Positions 13,693 through 14,514 of a DNA stretch of 14,514 bases are shown one piece after another (positions within the stretch are counted from its first letter, which is position 1; every line of letters begins with the position of its first letter). The notes beneath the pieces were generated by a model, which ran no database searches, was not told the origin of the DNA, and saw only the letters and a list, made by a program, of their open reading frames with translations. This DNA is from a virus (lineage: Duplodnaviria; Heunggongvirae; Uroviricota; Caudoviricetes). The translations under genes were made by a program, and so were the position numbers. Location of the stretch: the IMG/VR virus record IMGVR_UViG_3300046516_000964; one strand, 5' to 3'.

Positions 13693-14514
13693 CTAGAAAT
13701 ACGTGGTGATGACGGCGATCCCGTCGCCGCCGTTGCCGCCAGTTCCGCCCGAGCCAGCGGTGGCAAGAGTGGATGATCCGCCGCCGCCACCGCCGGAGCC
13801 GGTCTGTCCGTTTCCTCCATGCCCTCCGGCCACCCCAGTCCCTCCGCCGCCGCCGCCGCCACCGTTCCCAGCGAACGTACCGTGCGAGACAGTCGTGCCC
13901 GAGTTACCGTTATCAGGAGGGTTCCCTCCTGCACCGCCGTCGATATCTCCTCCAGCGGCGAGCCACTCTCCGTTATCACCGGCGGAGCCGCCAGGAAGCC
14001 CGTCGGTTGTGGACGTGCCGCCGCCGCCGCCGCCGCCGGAGCCGCCGTAAACGGAGCCGCCTCCGGGGGAGCCACCGACGTTCGTAACGGAGCCGCCACC
14101 CGACGCGCCACCCCATTCGGTCGGGTTGCCCTGACCGCCTGACGCGGATGGCTTACCTGACATCCCGCCGACCGCTTTGACGGTACCGGTCGCGGACGGG
14201 TCCGCGCTCGAAGCGCCACCAACCGAGTTGTTCGTGTGGGTGCCGCCGCCGCCGCCGTTCACGGAGGTCCCTACAGCGCCTTTCAAACCGCCGCCTCCGG
14301 CGCCAGCCTTCAGCGTGATCGCGCCGGGGCCGTCGAAGATCGCTGTCTGGACGCTAGGGGTGCCCCCATTCGTGTTCGATCCGCCGCCGGTTCCGCCGGT
14401 GCCGACGTTGACTGTCAGCGTGTCAGGGAGCATCGCGGCGGTAAACCACCCGATGTTGCAGGCACCGCCCCCGCCCGCGCTGCCTCCGGACGACGCGGCA
14501 CCGTTCGCCGGGAT
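13693..14514 (-). CDS. Glycine-rich virion protein (5'-truncated, at least 273 aa visible)
   Basis: The frame stays open upstream of ATG 14433 to the window edge ([41 protein letters not shown]...). 'LP.T.TV.VG.GG.GG' and the terminal 'GG.GG.G.AVITTY' are typical of the phage Gly-rich domain. Confidence 0.85.
   Translation of the reverse strand: MPANGAASSGGSAGGGGACNIGWFTAAMLPDTLTVNVGTGGTGGGSNTNGGTPSVQTAIFDGPGAITLKAGAGGGGLKGAVGTSVNGGGGGTHTNNSVGGASSADPSATGTVKAVGGMSGKPSASGGQGNPTEWGGASGGGSVTNVGGSPGGGSVYGGSGGGGGGGTSTTDGLPGGSAGDNGEWLAAGGDIDGGAGGNPPDNGNSGTTVSHGTFAGNGGGGGGGGTGVAGGHGGNGQTGSGGGGGGSSTLATAGSGGTGGNGGDGIAVITTYF

Larger units (their letters stand above)
1..14514 (-). mobile_element. Siphovirus-like phage/prophage virion morphogenesis module (both ends run off the window)
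   Basis: Canonical gene order adaptor - stopper - gp10-like - terminator - tail tube - chaperones with frameshift - tape measure. Most genes are translationally coupled by 1-8 nt overlaps. No integrase, att site or host gene is in the window, so prophage versus free phage cannot be decided. Confidence 0.95.

Noticed and set aside
13846-14037. (GCC)5 at 13846-13860 and (GCC)7 at 14017-14037 as phase-variation tracts
   Set aside because: They are GGC glycine codons on the coding strand, and triplet slippage would keep the frame.
1-14514. tRNA, rRNA, riboswitch, integrase or att site
   Set aside because: None recognised. Intergenic gaps are mostly under 45 bp (largest 2401-2487), leaving little room.

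Overview
The window is the morphogenesis (late) module of a GC-rich, long non-contractile-tailed phage or prophage, encoded almost entirely on the minus strand with tight TGATG/GTGA/TAATG gene coupling. No host gene or capsid gene is visible, and an actinobacterial-type host is only an inference. In transcription order (high to low coordinates) it holds: a Gly-rich protein (partial), a 1058-aa collagen-like fibre with a six-blade beta-propeller, three beta-rich accessory virion proteins, two Cys-rich microproteins, a glycan-modification cassette (GT2-TPR fused to a second GT-A domain, SAM methyltransferase, WbqC-family protein), two small proteins, then head-tail adaptor, stopper, HK97 gp10-like protein, tail terminator, an antisense two-gene insert (Tat-signal protein plus a helical peptide) with its own promoter, the tail tube protein and a paralogue, tail assembly chaperones with a GGGAAAC -1 frameshift, and the start of the tape measure protein. 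Three things stand out. (1) The dyad CGTAAC-N2-GTTACG occurs four times (783, 2941, 8208, 10888): twice as a perfect 16-bp palindrome at gene junctions and twice inside coding sequence. (2) A probable virion-glycosylation cassette containing WbqC lies in the same operon as a Thr-rich collagen fibre. (3) The beta-propeller is inserted in frame, between 10-bp direct repeats, into one copy of a duplicated fibre domain. All family assignments come from recognising motifs by eye; no database searches were run.
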